Below are positions 63,176-64,000 of a stretch of DNA of 64,000 nt, piece by piece. The translations under genes were made by a program, and so were the position numbers. Each line of letters starts with the position of its first letter. Position 1 is the stretch's first letter. Source of the stretch: Candidatus Poribacteria bacterium (lineage in GTDB: Bacteria > Poribacteria > WGA-4E > WGA-3G); the NCBI GenBank assembly GCA_963663765.2, contig CAXXUA010000006.1, forward strand, positions 64,001 through 128,000, read 5' to 3'. The notes below the pieces were generated by a model, which made no database searches, had not been told where the DNA came from, and saw only the letters and a list, made by a program, of their open reading frames with translations.

Positions 63176-64000
63176 ATGGAAGAATGGAAACAATTAGTTA
63201 GGGATACTGTTAATACACCAGAGAAACTTGCTGCCGCATTAGACATTGATGTTGAAGAAATGCGGAGAATACACAAAGAATTCCCCATCCGAATCAATCC
63301 GTACTACCTAAGTCTTATAGAAAAACCGGGGGATCCCATTTGGAAGCAGGTCGTGCCAGATACCCATGAACTCATCAGTACGGGTGTGGAAGATCCACTC
63401 CATGAAGAAGACGACAGCGAAGTCCCCAACGTTACACATCGCTATCCAGATCGCGCACTTTTCTATGTAAACTATATGTGTCCAATCTACTGTCGTTTCT
63501 GCACACGCAAACGTAAAGTTGGAGATCCTCACTCTATCTCTGAAAACAATATAGAAATCGGGCTTGCATACATTCGTGAACACACAGAGATTCGAGATGT
63601 CATTATTTCTGGTGGTGATCCACTGATGTTGACTGATAAGAAAATTGACATGATCATCAAAGGACTTCGGGAAATTAATCACATAGAGATTATACGAATA
63701 GGAACACGTGTACCAGTAACATTACCGCAACGGATTACACCTGAATTATGTGCAATACTGAAACAGTACCATCCTTTCTATATTAATACACACTTTAACC
63801 ATCCTCGGGAAATTACTCCTGAAACTGAAAAAGCATGTGGTATGTTAGCAGATGCTGGAATTCCACTCGGTAATCAGGCAGTACTTCTCAAAGGTGTGAA
63901 TGACGACCCTGAAATTATGGCGGAGTTGATGAAAGGCTTACTCCGCATTCGGGTAAAACCTTACTATATTTATCAAGCTGATCTTGTCGTGGGAACAGAT
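63176..64000 (+). CDS. KamA family radical SAM enzyme (lysine 2,3-aminomutase-like), runs off window
   Basis: Manual translation: MEEWKQ...THRYPDRALF...CPIYCRFCTRKR...SGGDPL...THFNHP. Confidence 0.92.
   Translation, partial: MEEWKQLVRDTVNTPEKLAAALDIDVEEMRRIHKEFPIRINPYYLSLIEKPGDPIWKQVVPDTHELISTGVEDPLHEEDDSEVPNVTHRYPDRALFYVNYMCPIYCRFCTRKRKVGDPHSISENNIEIGLAYIREHTEIRDVIISGGDPLMLTDKKIDMIIKGLREINHIEIIRIGTRVPVTLPQRITPELCAILKQYHPFYINTHFNHPREITPETEKACGMLADAGIPLGNQAVLLKGVNDDPEIMAELMKGLLRIRVKPYYIYQADLVVGTD

Noticed and set aside
1-64000. tRNA/rRNA genes, including selC
   Set aside because: None recognised by eye; tRNAscan-SE or Infernal would be needed to exclude them.

Overview
AT-rich bacterial chromosomal window. 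The gene content (PhyH dioxygenase, long TPR proteins, Rpn nuclease, CotH/lamin-tail protein, DisA) resembles Candidatus Poribacteria or similar sponge-associated bacteria; this is an inference, not a database result. Housekeeping and envelope genes (ECF sigma/anti-sigma/RseB, Fe3+ ABC transporter with Fur box, RND transporter, purC, disA, cyclophilin, kamA-like radical SAM) are interspersed with six IS elements (ISAs1, ISKra4-like, IS630, IS982, IS4-like, IS701) and many nested MITE/REP-like repeats. Highlights: (1) three split ORFs at 23323-24342 form one secreted tandem-peroxiredoxin frame with two in-frame UGA codons at the catalytic positions, each followed by a similar SECIS-like hairpin; (2) seven 34-88 bp hairpin micro-insertions lack target duplications, all sit at CG^Y inside other palindromic repeats and all end in TTGATYTGG; (3) a tandem array of seven VOC paralogues; (4) a defence-like block with an ATPase-TOPRIM gene and a decaying TA pair, each followed by a repeated hsdS-like 3' remnant; (5) an Rpn gene with a strong internal RBS/ATG.
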